A stretch of DNA of 64,000 bases from Sumerlaeia bacterium. GTDB taxonomy: Bacteria; Sumerlaeota; Sumerlaeia; SLMS01; JAHLLQ01. The position numbers were made by a program, and so were the translations under genes. This document shows, piece after piece, positions 37,701-45,793 of this stretch. The stretch lies in assembly GCA_040219255.1 (NCBI GenBank), contig JAVJSW010000042.1, positions 64,001-128,000 on the forward strand, in the 5' to 3' direction. Positions within the stretch are counted from its first letter, which is position 1, and each line of letters starts with the position of its first letter. The notes under the pieces were generated by a model. That model made no database searches. It had not been told where the DNA came from and worked only from the letters and a program-made list of their open reading frames with translations.

Positions 37701-39552
37701 CGGCCTGGTCTTCCGGTCCATGAAGCAATACCCGCGCGCCCTGGTGGAATTCAACGCGGCGCTGGCCATCGACCGGCGCCAGGGCAATGACTGGGGCGTG
37801 GCCTATGCCCAGCGCAATATCGGTCTGACGCATCTGCAAGACGAAAAACCCGAGCAATCCGTGGCTCCGCTGGAGGAAGCGGTGGCTCTGACGCAGAAGA
37901 TCGGCGACGAGCTGAATGGCGCCAAGGCGCTCGTGGCGCTGGCGGATGCGCGGCGGCAGCTCGGCGAGACGGAAGCGGCAAGCGACCTGTACGACCGGGC
38001 GCTGGAGAAATCCCGCACCGTGATCGTTCCCGAGGTCGAATGGCGCGCGCTTTATGGCATGGCGAAGCTGGCCATGGAAGCCGGTGAACCGCAAGAAGCC
38101 CGGGCCCGCCTGGGCGAGGCCATCGACGTGGTGGAGCGCCTGCGCGCCCGAATCCGCATCGAAGAATTCCAGGACGGTTTCCTGCTCGATAAGCAGGAAC
38201 TCTATGACGACATGGTGCGGCTGCTGTTGGACCAAGACGACGTGGCCGGGGCGTATAACTACAGCGAGCGGTCGCGCGGACGGCAGTTCCTGGACTTGCT
38301 GGGCAACGCCAGCATCGACTTCCGCAACCCGCAGGACACCGCCACCATCGAGCGGGAGGCCGCTCTGAGATCGGACATCGAGTCCCTCGAGCGCCAGGTA
38401 GCCGGGGCGGAGGACGAGGCCGCGCGCGAGCGGCTCGCGGGGAATCTGGAGTCGGCGCGGCGCGATTACAGCGCCTTCCTTATCGAGCTGCGGGCCCGCG
38501 ACCCGAAGCTGTCGAGCTTTGTCGAGGTCCCGACGCTCGATGTGGCGGAGTTGCAGCGGCTCCTCGAGCCCGGCACCCGCATCGTCGAGTACCACGTGCT
38601 GCCGGACGAGCTGGTGGCCTGGGTAGTCGGGCCGAACGATTTGCGCGTCGTCCGAACGCCGGTGACGCGGGATGAGCTGACACAAGATATCGGCGTTCTG
38701 CGCCTGAGAATGCAGGACTTCCGGTCCGTGGCGAACGATCTGATGGGCCTGTCGGCTTTGCTAATCGAGCCGGTGCTGCCGCTCCTGGACGGGGACGTGA
38801 AGCGCCTGGGAATCGTGGCCCACCGCGAGTTGCACACGATGCCGTTTTCCGCTTTGCCGGCCGGCCCCGAGTCCGACCTGATCGACCGCTTCGCGCTCTT
38901 CAACGCGCCCAGCGCCAGCGTTCTGCGCTACACGTTCGGGCGCCGTGGAGAGGGTCGCGGCGACCGCGTCCTGGCTCTTGGCAATCCAAACCTGGGCGAC
39001 GAGCGCCTCGATCTGCCCTTTGCGCAGAAGGAGGCGGAGCGCCTGCTCTGGCAGTTCCCCAACGCGACCCTTCTGACCGGCGAGGAAGCTTCGGAAACCT
39101 ACGTCCAGAACACCTCCGACGAATTCGCCATCCTGCACCTCGCCACCCACGGCGAGTTCGACCCCCAGATGCCCCTGCTGTCCGGCGTCCGGCTGACGCC
39201 GGACACGGAAAACGACGGCGTGCTCAGCGCCCAGGAGGTTTTCGGCCTTAGCCTGCGGGCCGATATGGTCGTGCTGTCGGCTTGCCAGACGGGCCTCGGC
39301 CGCGTCTCCAACGGCGACGACGTGGTGGGCCTGAACCGGGCGTTCTTGTTCGCTGGCACGAGGCAATTGCTCTCGACGCTGTGGCGCGTCGACGACGTTT
39401 CGACGGCGGTGCTGGTGAAGCACTTCTACCGCAATCTATCGGCCGGGATGGATACGGCGGAGGCTCTGCGACAGGCGCAACTGACGGTGCGGCAACGCTT
39501 CGACCACCCGGCCCACTGGGCCGGCATGAACCTGACGGGCGACTGGAAGTAA
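31720..39552 (+). CDS. Exported PD40/TolB-like repeat + TPR + CHAT (caspase-like) protease, ~2610 aa
   Basis: Signal peptide (AFAPA-Q); PSLS..WMAFVSERDG and PVISPDDKWIAWVSTR PD40 blades; many TPRs; CHAT motifs LHTMPF, LPFAQKEA, ILHLATHG (His 39148), VVLSACQTG (Cys 39283), STLWRVDD, HPAHWAG. Confidence 0.88.
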   Translation: MTIGTPRRSRFAAGALAALAAAPAFAPAQDLEEDFRASLPPQLRLLTSEIGDDYSPSLSSEEEWMAFVSERDGSPEIFITRFRQNVPVPPSVIEPSPAEDRDPVISPDDKWIAWVSTREDAFGDIYVQILPFAEPFFRIPFNLPFIPVLGKEGAARVSERGWRDRNPRWETRDGDLYLVWDAESPDGTVVVKEARPGRWRVQERPSEAATSVQNLVPPFGATVVEPPERGTETWVLAADDTDGDGSLTAEDARGVWVYDEERAIWRQLTPPLPGVTTPLVGNLGSLVMSVNLRGNRDLVEVERPYFVSRVESAGEALERGRQMQANSPLNIWPAVAVFRQGYLLGPETTPGQQALLEALGILDLAERPEQALAMIGEARTRGGLQGEERQLIEIFEVAFRVSAADRGNRTPSETRQVRREAITELEALIAGGGLTPRARGRALLVAARVAEENGQPKQALDFAQLVEADNAIPVELRGESALLRAGIYRGLGLPDDVQRVLLNILREYATLETAEEQAALMLTEVALETATGASLDEKLRPVRALASAHPDLDSVQVAASLAAGNLLADEVRFEEAEEALRTAMTYTRSEPRLAARAAFDLAQVLSRQNEFAEAIETYESVSADMRSQFFAGAPSFIRRAREALINEYLQKGDYELRVGDPALALRTFSDLLELEPELTEGWRGFIDAQFRLGILDSAAKARYRREALANLRSGLAQYKYGLAITYPEPTGASRDILERAIVLDGANPYFHQTLGFVLEWQGRRGDRENLARALTANQRALALLDRRSRPADYANLLLNAGNVAGALQSYGRAADLYTQRVDSGVPFRDTRTEFLFYYNYGEALFQASRPLDAAEAWQTALVLIPALVNYNILTPEQGEERQLELYDRRALALREAGRRREAAELFDLVAQANLPQSFNRARAYRNKGFTLHLLSQRQTGAARRDTLLQAKKALEQALAIVTSEGLTLTSLTGTDLTPSFQFGFDITISAGGSGAALQDFSPEEEEQLIRAGLARVTQDLGQHAEAIAQLRQQLSNRPKVNAANKGYYRTVRLVNYESLANEYLKLGEREEAAKALVQAIDEAYFTVKDLPQVNGAGLSLVLGRLTEMALDGEPFPVSADELKETWLGERFRGEDPVEALDWCLEQALALRGEETGEYIVFRYEYRGRLQLARALLAERSAVNLGEEGLPLLRSAVDGERARILAQQLIDNSLTSEEGGSVEKLALFAHAVLIRAAARSGSVEDTEAAVESALNYARQAGWEHFQWWLAAQPALIAGYPQTVESVRLALEQLEAQTPGVATQETPVPYDLLAYCEQVAVSAAAREGDWNEAWGLAERWRAMRLQLGFTESLPPARESDTAGAEWLATARTLKRATRDKLVRLRDLPYLDPNVAQARRELAEARNAWVAHLNEGRDAGIAAALMIAPRASYGDGNTPIEFASQLFDFGLALPGPPALVLVTREGAAAWADPENPTQARPLASPADWDWLARQATVWFVSGEPLSPGAAPETVTVSRLLNAEMTAEALRTYRFDVSPEPVAVAAPERTLTSSELRQRLLDGPDIELTAPILTNASDPLAWTLEGSELQLRGLVAALPDVAILRATLKEATGTRKITANLSLRHRINQEFLAAAMFYGGVTEAMIDGERWLGAIFSPVELRELAEQQDDADVGTVIGRLESGETAEALAPAQRLFSIRQTLEKSPQDVAEAGLVLAQIEADLDRYAQAADAAARVVNVLEGQDAEPATLVNALDTLASYATRARDFDQALEAKSRSASLYEQLGALDLQTEAIAEMGVLEENRGNYEEALSQFRRARQMAADFGDPYLEAKQYQRIGRIYLLRQNDYVKAGEAFAQARELASAAQALELELESRLDLARVDARLGRFDAAIETARAVREDSRDASLPVVETDGLLVEGETHWAKADYFEAFQRQREALLLAQETDDQPNRFRARNFAGLIYWALNDTEAALAEFDEALRLAREMIFDLEVATAHNNRGLVFRSMKQYPRALVEFNAALAIDRRQGNDWGVAYAQRNIGLTHLQDEKPEQSVAPLEEAVALTQKIGDELNGAKALVALADARRQLGETEAASDLYDRALEKSRTVIVPEVEWRALYGMAKLAMEAGEPQEARARLGEAIDVVERLRARIRIEEFQDGFLLDKQELYDDMVRLLLDQDDVAGAYNYSERSRGRQFLDLLGNASIDFRNPQDTATIEREAALRSDIESLERQVAGAEDEAARERLAGNLESARRDYSAFLIELRARDPKLSSFVEVPTLDVAELQRLLEPGTRIVEYHVLPDELVAWVVGPNDLRVVRTPVTRDELTQDIGVLRLRMQDFRSVANDLMGLSALLIEPVLPLLDGDVKRLGIVAHRELHTMPFSALPAGPESDLIDRFALFNAPSASVLRYTFGRRGEGRGDRVLALGNPNLGDERLDLPFAQKEAERLLWQFPNATLLTGEEASETYVQNTSDEFAILHLATHGEFDPQMPLLSGVRLTPDTENDGVLSAQEVFGLSLRADMVVLSACQTGLGRVSNGDDVVGLNRAFLFAGTRQLLSTLWRVDDVSTAVLVKHFYRNLSAGMDTAEALRQAQLTVRQRFDHPAHWAGMNLTGDWK

Positions 39553-39565
39553 CCGCCGAGAAGGC

Positions 39566-42500
39566 TCACTCTTCGACCGAGAAGACTTTGACGCTTTCCA
39601 GGAAGAGTGCGCCATTCGCGGCGTCGCCGTTGCCAGCGATGTCGAGCAGATCGAAGGAAATCAGCAACTCGCGGCCGGATTCGTTCAACGGCGGCAGAAT
39701 CACACGGTACGTCTTCGACTCCGTGGGCTTGGGGCCGTTGACGGGCATATCGGTCGTCGAGGTGATCTGGGTGTAGCGGGACATCTGGAATTCGCTCTCG
39801 TTGAGCCGCATGCGGAAGGCGGGCACTTCGGCGGGAACGGCCACATCGGTGCCTACGGTGAACTCCACGATGTAGAGCCTGCCGATCTCGATGGGAACGC
39901 GATCGGCGGCGGGAACTTCCCACCACCCGACGACACCCTGGCCATTGGTGGGCTGGGTACGCAGGGAAAGTCCCTGACTTGTCGAGGCGAAGGACGGTGC
40001 CTCGAACGCCCCTTCGATGGTGTTGCTGGTCCAGCCATGGTCCATGGAGGCAGTGAAATCCCACTGGCGCTCGAGCCGGCCCGCCGCAGGGACTTCCGTG
40101 CGTGCGATCCAGACGGTATCGAGAAACAGAGTCACCTGACTAGCGTCTCCACCACCCAGGTTCAAGAGATCGAAGGCGGCCTGCAAGACGTCGGACGCCT
40201 CGGCCATTTCGAGATAAACGGTGTAGGTCGAGGCTCGTTCGCCCAAGACTGGCGAGAGCACACCCTGACCGGTGGACTCGAGGGTCAGAACGTCGTCCCG
40301 CTCATTGTCGCGGCTGGCGGTGCGCAGGCGGAACTGCGGAACGGTGTCGCGGTTGGGCGCATTGGAGGCGACGGCGAACTCGGCTTTGATGAGGGAAAGG
40401 GAATCGCTGGCCGCCGCGTCGTCCAAAACCGCTTCCCAAGGCGAGTGCCAGAATCCGAAATCGGTCCGGTTATCGCCGGTCTGGATGGCGAGGCTCGACA
40501 CCGGCTCGGTGGTGACAAATCCCGCAGGTTCGGAGAAGAATCCGGGCAAGGTGACGAATGTCCATCCGGAGGAGGCGCCGGGTCCTTCGAAGGAATAAGA
40601 AGCGACGGGGCCCTTCGGGTCCGCGGCGATCCCCCGCAACCGGACGATGAAAGCGTCCGCGCCGTTCGCCTGGACCGGAATGGTCATCGCGCCTTCATAA
40701 ACGCCCGGTTCGGTGGACTTGAGGATGAGCGCGATTTCGGTCTGCTCACCGGGGGCGAGGCTGCCTGCGTGCGAACCGAGTTCGGAGAAAGGCGGCGTCA
40801 CTTCCACCGCGTCCAAAGGGATGGCGGTGCCGCCGTTGTTGAGAATCTGGAACACGACGGGGGGTGCGTCCTCCGAACGGAGGCGCAGCGGGTCGAACTC
40901 GACGACTTGCCCGGAAACGATCGGCTGTCGCGTGGACTTGTCGAGAACGGCATAGGAGGGCGCGGCGGGGCCTTCGCATTCGTAATCCCGCACGAGCGGC
41001 CGCATTTCCACCGAGAGCAATTCGCCGCCGTCCTGGAAAGCGGAATCGGTGATCCGCAAAGTCCACTGGCCGGCGAGCCGTTTCCCGTTCAGCGACGAAA
41101 GCGCGCCCTCCGGGCGGAAGGAACCGCTGAACGGAGCATTGCCGTTCGCGATTGCGATTCGGGCTTCGTCGTCAAAGACCGTGCCGTTCATATTGTCTCC
41201 CGAGTCGCCCCGCTGATCGATCAGCGACACTTGGGTTCCGTCGGGATGGATCAGGGTGATACTCACATCGTCCATGAACGTGTGCGTCAGGTTGATTTGG
41301 ACGTTCAGGTCGGTGAGAACTCCGTCCTGGGCGACCGCCATCGGCACATTCACCGATCCCGGGTCCGGTCCGATGGAGACATCGGTGAAGGTCAGCGGGA
41401 GGGTGAGTCGCTGCTCGCGCGCGGTGCCGACGGGCAAGGCGAGTGGGAACTGCTCGCCTCCCTCGTCGAAGGTCAAGTCGACCGAGAAAGCGACGACTTC
41501 GCCGCAGATCGCATCCCCAGCCAGATCGAACACGAAGGCCGCATCGGGCAAAACCGTTTCGCCCTGGGGGATCGTCCCGTAGGAAACCGTCGCGTTGCGG
41601 ACGACCACACTGGGCGTGGCGGTAGAGAGTGTGGCGAGGACGTTGGTGGCGCTCCGCCCCTCGTTTTCGATCGCCAGAGTGAGACTCAAACCCGTTTCGC
41701 CTGGATCGGCGGCGCCGTTACCGTTGCCGTTTTCCGCGCTGTCGGTCAGAGCGGCGGAGGCGACGCCGAGGTGGGGGATGAAATCGCAGACCGGACCGGT
41801 GGGCAGTTCGAAGCGGATCACCTGATCCGGCTGGCCGGAAACGGTGGCGACCAGTTGCAAGAAGACTGGCGTGCCACAGGCGAAGTCCTCGCCGATGCGA
41901 ATGGCATAAGGGGCAAGGCTTTCCCCCGTTTGGCCTCCGGAGATGGAGGGGAAGGCGATGGGTCCGGCGGTTTGCACGGACACCTGCGCGGAAACCGCTT
42001 CGAGGCGGGCAGTGAAGGCGGGGACGGGACCCGAGGCGTTATTGACGAGGCGCACGGTGAATGCCAGACCCGCCTCGCCCGGTTCCGCGACCCCATCGCC
42101 ATCGCCGCCCGCCGAATCGTCAAGCGGTCCCAGGGAGGCGAACACGAGGGAGGGCAAGTCCGTCCCATCGAGGGTCAGGACACCCGTGTTCAGGGGATCC
42201 AGCCAATCCTTGAGGCGCGTCTGCGGAGTTCCGCCGCCCTCCCAAGACACCGCGATGCGGCCGTACCAATCGGGGTCGTCGTTGCCGCAGGCTGCGAACC
42301 CGCCGGTCAACTGTCCGACGATGCGCTTGTTCGGATCGAAAAGGGCCGAACCGGAGGAACCGGGCTCGGTGGTGCCCAGATTCCAATCGGCCACGCGAAT
42401 ATGGGTCGTTCCCGAACCGGCGTCGCCCAAATAGGCGGAAAGGGCGGTCGGGTCGTCTTCGAAGGAAATGCGCTTTTCCTCGACGTTCGGATGATGGATC

Positions 42501-43543
42501 CCGACGGCGGAGGCGGGAGCGGCGTCCTGTCGGGACCAACCGGCGAAATAGGGATCGAAGGCGGAGGAAACCGGCTCCTCCAATTCCAGCAGGGTGAAGT
42601 CCGAGGGCCCATAGCCGGCGCGGAATATCGTGCCGCTGTTGAACATGTTGAGGGGACCGTCGCCGCCCGAGCCGCTGGCGCTGCTGCCCGGCGGCCGGCA
42701 CAGGGAATTTTCGTAGTTCCAATAGACGACGACCGACTGATCGTTGCCCGCGTCGAGATCGCAGTGATCGGCCGTGAGAAAGTACGGCCGGCCATCCTGG
42801 GCCGTGTTGTTGATCAGAGTACCGGAGCAGGCGAAGATTCCGCTGACCGAATAGGCGCCGACGGCTCGAATTTGATCCCGCCACGCGGTGCCCTCGGGGC
42901 AAATGACGTCCACATTGCAGGAACCGGACTGGAAAGCGGCGGCAGCGCGCTCGAGCGCCGCCCCCAGTTCGCGATAGCCGTGATTGATGGTGCCCAGACG
43001 CAACGGCACGCTGCGGGCCGAACCCCGCGGCAAATGAAGTTCCAGCACCCCGCGGTCGCCCGCGATGACCGGAGTCCACAGTTCGCCATGGGGCCCATTG
43101 TCCGCCGCCGTAAAGGGACCGTAGGCCTGATTGCCGCCATCGGCGTAGAGGTACAGGCTGCCGCCCTTTGGCATGGTATATTCGGTGAAGCCAAAATTCA
43201 GGCTGACGACGCCGGGGGACTCGACAACAAGGCGCCAGAGCAGACTGCCGTCTTCGAGCGTTTCCCAGGTTCCGAAATCCGACGGCCGCACATCGACCGG
43301 TTCCGGGTCGGCGAAGTGGTACGGCCCGAGGACGTCGAGTTTCAGCGCCTCGGCCCGCAGCGCGACATTGTCACGCGGGGCGAGGGCGATGGTTTCCAGT
43401 TCGTCCAGCGGGAAAGTGAAGGCCGCCATGCGGGAGGGTAGACGGTCGACGGCAACGACGCGCTGGGCCAAAGCGGAAGCCGGCGGCGCGAGCGCCAGGA
43501 CAAGCAGGAGGCAATTCAAGAACAGGAGGGAACGAGGGGTCAT
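39566..43543 (-). CDS. Secreted lysyl-endopeptidase-like (S1) serine protease with P-domain and C-terminal repeats
   Basis: Signal peptide; SGSCNVDVIC, CSGTLINN, FLTADHC, SDFTLL, TEPGSSGS; proprotein-convertase P-domain (HTFMDDVSITLIHPDG..GQWTLRITD); start set at MTPRSLL. Confidence 0.88.
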   Translation of the reverse strand: MTPRSLLFLNCLLLVLALAPPASALAQRVVAVDRLPSRMAAFTFPLDELETIALAPRDNVALRAEALKLDVLGPYHFADPEPVDVRPSDFGTWETLEDGSLLWRLVVESPGVVSLNFGFTEYTMPKGGSLYLYADGGNQAYGPFTAADNGPHGELWTPVIAGDRGVLELHLPRGSARSVPLRLGTINHGYRELGAALERAAAAFQSGSCNVDVICPEGTAWRDQIRAVGAYSVSGIFACSGTLINNTAQDGRPYFLTADHCDLDAGNDQSVVVYWNYENSLCRPPGSSASGSGGDGPLNMFNSGTIFRAGYGPSDFTLLELEEPVSSAFDPYFAGWSRQDAAPASAVGIHHPNVEEKRISFEDDPTALSAYLGDAGSGTTHIRVADWNLGTTEPGSSGSALFDPNKRIVGQLTGGFAACGNDDPDWYGRIAVSWEGGGTPQTRLKDWLDPLNTGVLTLDGTDLPSLVFASLGPLDDSAGGDGDGVAEPGEAGLAFTVRLVNNASGPVPAFTARLEAVSAQVSVQTAGPIAFPSISGGQTGESLAPYAIRIGEDFACGTPVFLQLVATVSGQPDQVIRFELPTGPVCDFIPHLGVASAALTDSAENGNGNGAADPGETGLSLTLAIENEGRSATNVLATLSTATPSVVVRNATVSYGTIPQGETVLPDAAFVFDLAGDAICGEVVAFSVDLTFDEGGEQFPLALPVGTAREQRLTLPLTFTDVSIGPDPGSVNVPMAVAQDGVLTDLNVQINLTHTFMDDVSITLIHPDGTQVSLIDQRGDSGDNMNGTVFDDEARIAIANGNAPFSGSFRPEGALSSLNGKRLAGQWTLRITDSAFQDGGELLSVEMRPLVRDYECEGPAAPSYAVLDKSTRQPIVSGQVVEFDPLRLRSEDAPPVVFQILNNGGTAIPLDAVEVTPPFSELGSHAGSLAPGEQTEIALILKSTEPGVYEGAMTIPVQANGADAFIVRLRGIAADPKGPVASYSFEGPGASSGWTFVTLPGFFSEPAGFVTTEPVSSLAIQTGDNRTDFGFWHSPWEAVLDDAAASDSLSLIKAEFAVASNAPNRDTVPQFRLRTASRDNERDDVLTLESTGQGVLSPVLGERASTYTVYLEMAEASDVLQAAFDLLNLGGGDASQVTLFLDTVWIARTEVPAAGRLERQWDFTASMDHGWTSNTIEGAFEAPSFASTSQGLSLRTQPTNGQGVVGWWEVPAADRVPIEIGRLYIVEFTVGTDVAVPAEVPAFRMRLNESEFQMSRYTQITSTTDMPVNGPKPTESKTYRVILPPLNESGRELLISFDLLDIAGNGDAANGALFLESVKVFSVEE

Positions 43544-43632
43544 GAGCGCTCGGCGGTAGAGAGAAAATAGCACCCCCGAAATTTGGGACACAGACCGCTC
43601 CCCCGCCAAGCAAAACTCTGCCTCCTGGAGGC

Positions 43633-44958
43633 TTACTCGTAGGCGGCGATAACTTCCGTGCCGGAATAATAATGGGTCAGAATCTGGCGGAAATCCTGGC
43701 CTTCCGTCGCGCGCGCCATGGCGCCGGTCTGGCACAGGCCAACACCGTGGCCATAACCCGCGCCCTCGATCAGGAACATCTCCGGCGGGCCATCTTTCCG
43801 GTCGGGCTTCACTACAAACGCCGAGCTTTTCAGCGGCGACTCCCACACGCGGCGAATCGCGAGTTCCGGACCGACGGTCACGTCCTGGCCGTACATGCCG
43901 ACGAACTTGACGCGGTTCAGGCGGCCCGACACGCCGCGCTCGAGGGGTTCGATCCGCACGATGCGGCCGATGTCTTTGCCTAGCGTGGCCACCCGCTCGC
44001 CCAGCTCCACCGCCGAAATCTCGCGCGTCCAGCGGAAGTTCTTCTGCGTCCATTCCGGCAGTTCCGGATAGGCGTCGCGGTTGCAGTAAACCGCCGGGCG
44101 GCTCGCCACCCACTGCGCGAAAACAGCGGAGTCGGACAGATCGCCGGGGTCGTTGCCCGGGCCCTCGAACACGCCGTCCCAGCACGGGATTCCCCGGTCA
44201 CGCTCGGGCCAGACGTTTTCAATGTTCTCCGAGTGCCCGCCGCAATTCGACGCATAGTAGGCCGGGATTGAGGCACCCTCATACGCGATCACCAGCCCCC
44301 GCGTGGCGCGGATAGCGGCGTCCGTGGCTTCGTTGCGCCGGCCGATTCCGGCGTACACTTGGCAATTCACATCGGCGCAGATATCATGGTGCGGACCGGC
44401 ATACACGCGCTCGCGCAGCGCCGTCATGGTCTCGGAACGCGCGGCGACGGCCTGGGCCTTCAGCGCTTCCTCCGGAGCCGTGGGCCCGATTTCCGACGGC
44501 ACCACGCCCCGCAGGTACTCCTCGACGGGCAGTTGCACGATCACGTCGATCGCGTTCGATTCGGTGCGGCGGAACTCCACCAGCCCATCGTAGGAGCGGT
44601 CCTCCGTTCCCGCCCACCACCAACCCACCCCATAGGGCACGTCGGCCATTTCCAAGAGCCCGTCCGGGTCCACCGGGCGGAACTGAATCACCTCGGCTGT
44701 GGTCCGGGCCAGGGTCTCGGACGTCGCACGGCTGACGATCCGGATGCCCGCCGAACGCGAGGGCGCAACGACGAGCGCTTCGCCCGGCGCGGCGACGCGG
44801 ATTTCGCCCGCCTCGCTGCTGACCGAAAACGCGTTGCGCGGCGTCAGGTGCAGCGACTTGGCGCCCTCCACCACGAGGACGCGCACGTCTGGTTCGGCCG
44901 TGGCGGAAGCGGCGAAGAAGAGGGAAACGGCGATCAACAGGCCGAGAATTCGAGACAT
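43633..44958 (-). CDS. SpoIID/LytB domain protein (lytic transglycosylase-like)
   Basis: VEEYLRGVVPSE, EALKAQAVAARS, CQVY, GYGHGVGLCQTGA, ILTHYY; signal peptide. Confidence 0.92.
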   Translation of the reverse strand: MSRILGLLIAVSLFFAASATAEPDVRVLVVEGAKSLHLTPRNAFSVSSEAGEIRVAAPGEALVVAPSRSAGIRIVSRATSETLARTTAEVIQFRPVDPDGLLEMADVPYGVGWWWAGTEDRSYDGLVEFRRTESNAIDVIVQLPVEEYLRGVVPSEIGPTAPEEALKAQAVAARSETMTALRERVYAGPHHDICADVNCQVYAGIGRRNEATDAAIRATRGLVIAYEGASIPAYYASNCGGHSENIENVWPERDRGIPCWDGVFEGPGNDPGDLSDSAVFAQWVASRPAVYCNRDAYPELPEWTQKNFRWTREISAVELGERVATLGKDIGRIVRIEPLERGVSGRLNRVKFVGMYGQDVTVGPELAIRRVWESPLKSSAFVVKPDRKDGPPEMFLIEGAGYGHGVGLCQTGAMARATEGQDFRQILTHYYSGTEVIAAYE

Positions 44959-45078
44959 GGCGGGACTCGCTTGGGGGGAAAAAGATGGGCTTTGATGACA
45001 CAAATGGCCTCGCGCCGGGGGGGCGGCGCAAACAATAGTTTGCCGCTGAACGACCCAAGCAAGGAGTTGCGGCCAACT

Positions 45079-45627
45079 ATGAAGCAGCCGTTCCTGATCG
45101 GCGACGGGTTCACCCTGCGCCCCGTCGAACCCGCCGACGCCCCCATCGTCGCCGCCTGCAACAACCACCCCGACATCCGGGCCACCTTCTTCACCCACAC
45201 GCCCCTCTCGGAAGAAGCCGCCTCCGCCCGCATCCGAGGCTACTACGCGCCCGGCGCCGATTATATTCCCCTCGCCATCTGCGACGCCGAGACCGACGCC
45301 GCCATCGGCATCACCGCCCTGCACCGCGTCGATCTGGTCAGCCGCGCCGCCGTCTATTCCATCTGCATCGCCGACCCCGCCCACTGGGGCCGGGGCCTGG
45401 GGCGTAGCGTCACGGAGATGATGCTGCGATACGCCTTCGACATCCTCAACCTCCACCGCATCCAACTCCACGTCTGGACCGGCAACACGCGGGCCGTCCA
45501 GAGCTACGAAAAGTGCGGTTTCATCAAGGAAGGAACCCTGCGCGAAGCGATGAAGCATCAGGGCGAGTGGTGTGATTTTTATGTGATGGGGGTGTTGGAG
45601 GGGGAGTGGCGGGGGCGGAGTCAGTAG
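45079..45627 (+). CDS. GNAT acetyltransferase (RimJ/RimL/SpeG-like)
   Basis: WGRGLG, YAFDILNLHRIQL, NTRAVQSYEKCGFIKEGTLRE. Confidence 0.9.
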   Translation: MKQPFLIGDGFTLRPVEPADAPIVAACNNHPDIRATFFTHTPLSEEAASARIRGYYAPGADYIPLAICDAETDAAIGITALHRVDLVSRAAVYSICIADPAHWGRGLGRSVTEMMLRYAFDILNLHRIQLHVWTGNTRAVQSYEKCGFIKEGTLREAMKHQGEWCDFYVMGVLEGEWRGRSQ

Positions 45628-45637
45628 AACTCACAAC

Positions 45638-45724
45638 TGGTGCCCGGGGCGGGACTTGAACCCGCACGTCCTTACGGACCCAAGATTTTAAGTCTTGTGC
45701 GTCTGCCGATTTCGCCACCCGGGC
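45638..45724 (-). tRNA. tRNA-Leu (anticodon UAA)
   Basis: GCCCGGGTGGCGAAATCGGCAGACGCACAAGACTTAAAATCTTGGGTCCGTAAGGACGTGCGGGTTCAAGTCCCGCCCCGGGCACCA; long variable arm, encoded CCA. Confidence 0.96.
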
Positions 45725-45793
45725 ACGGGGAGGAAACATCCGCGCTCACCCTTTCCCCGTTGCCCCGCCCGCGTCAAGCCGCAGTCGTGGCGC

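Noticed and set aside
31720-39552. CHAT protein as a CRISPR-associated (Craspase) or anti-phage gasdermin-type module
   Set aside because: There are no cas genes, array or recognisable effector in the window, and the protein appears to be exported
40037-43441. 1134-aa + strand ORF, and similar long ORFs at 22515-25049, 7022-9265, 9362-11386, 32833-35229 and 62568-63872
   Set aside because: These are antisense shadows of well-supported genes, an expected effect of high GC3, and contain no recognisable motifs
43544-44185. N-terminal extension of the 1539-aa protease ORF
   Set aside because: It overlaps the SpoIID gene in another frame; the real signal peptide begins at 43543
45638-45724. tRNA-Leu as an island integration site
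   Set aside because: No integrase and no duplicated tRNA 3' end were seen; the flanking genes look ordinary
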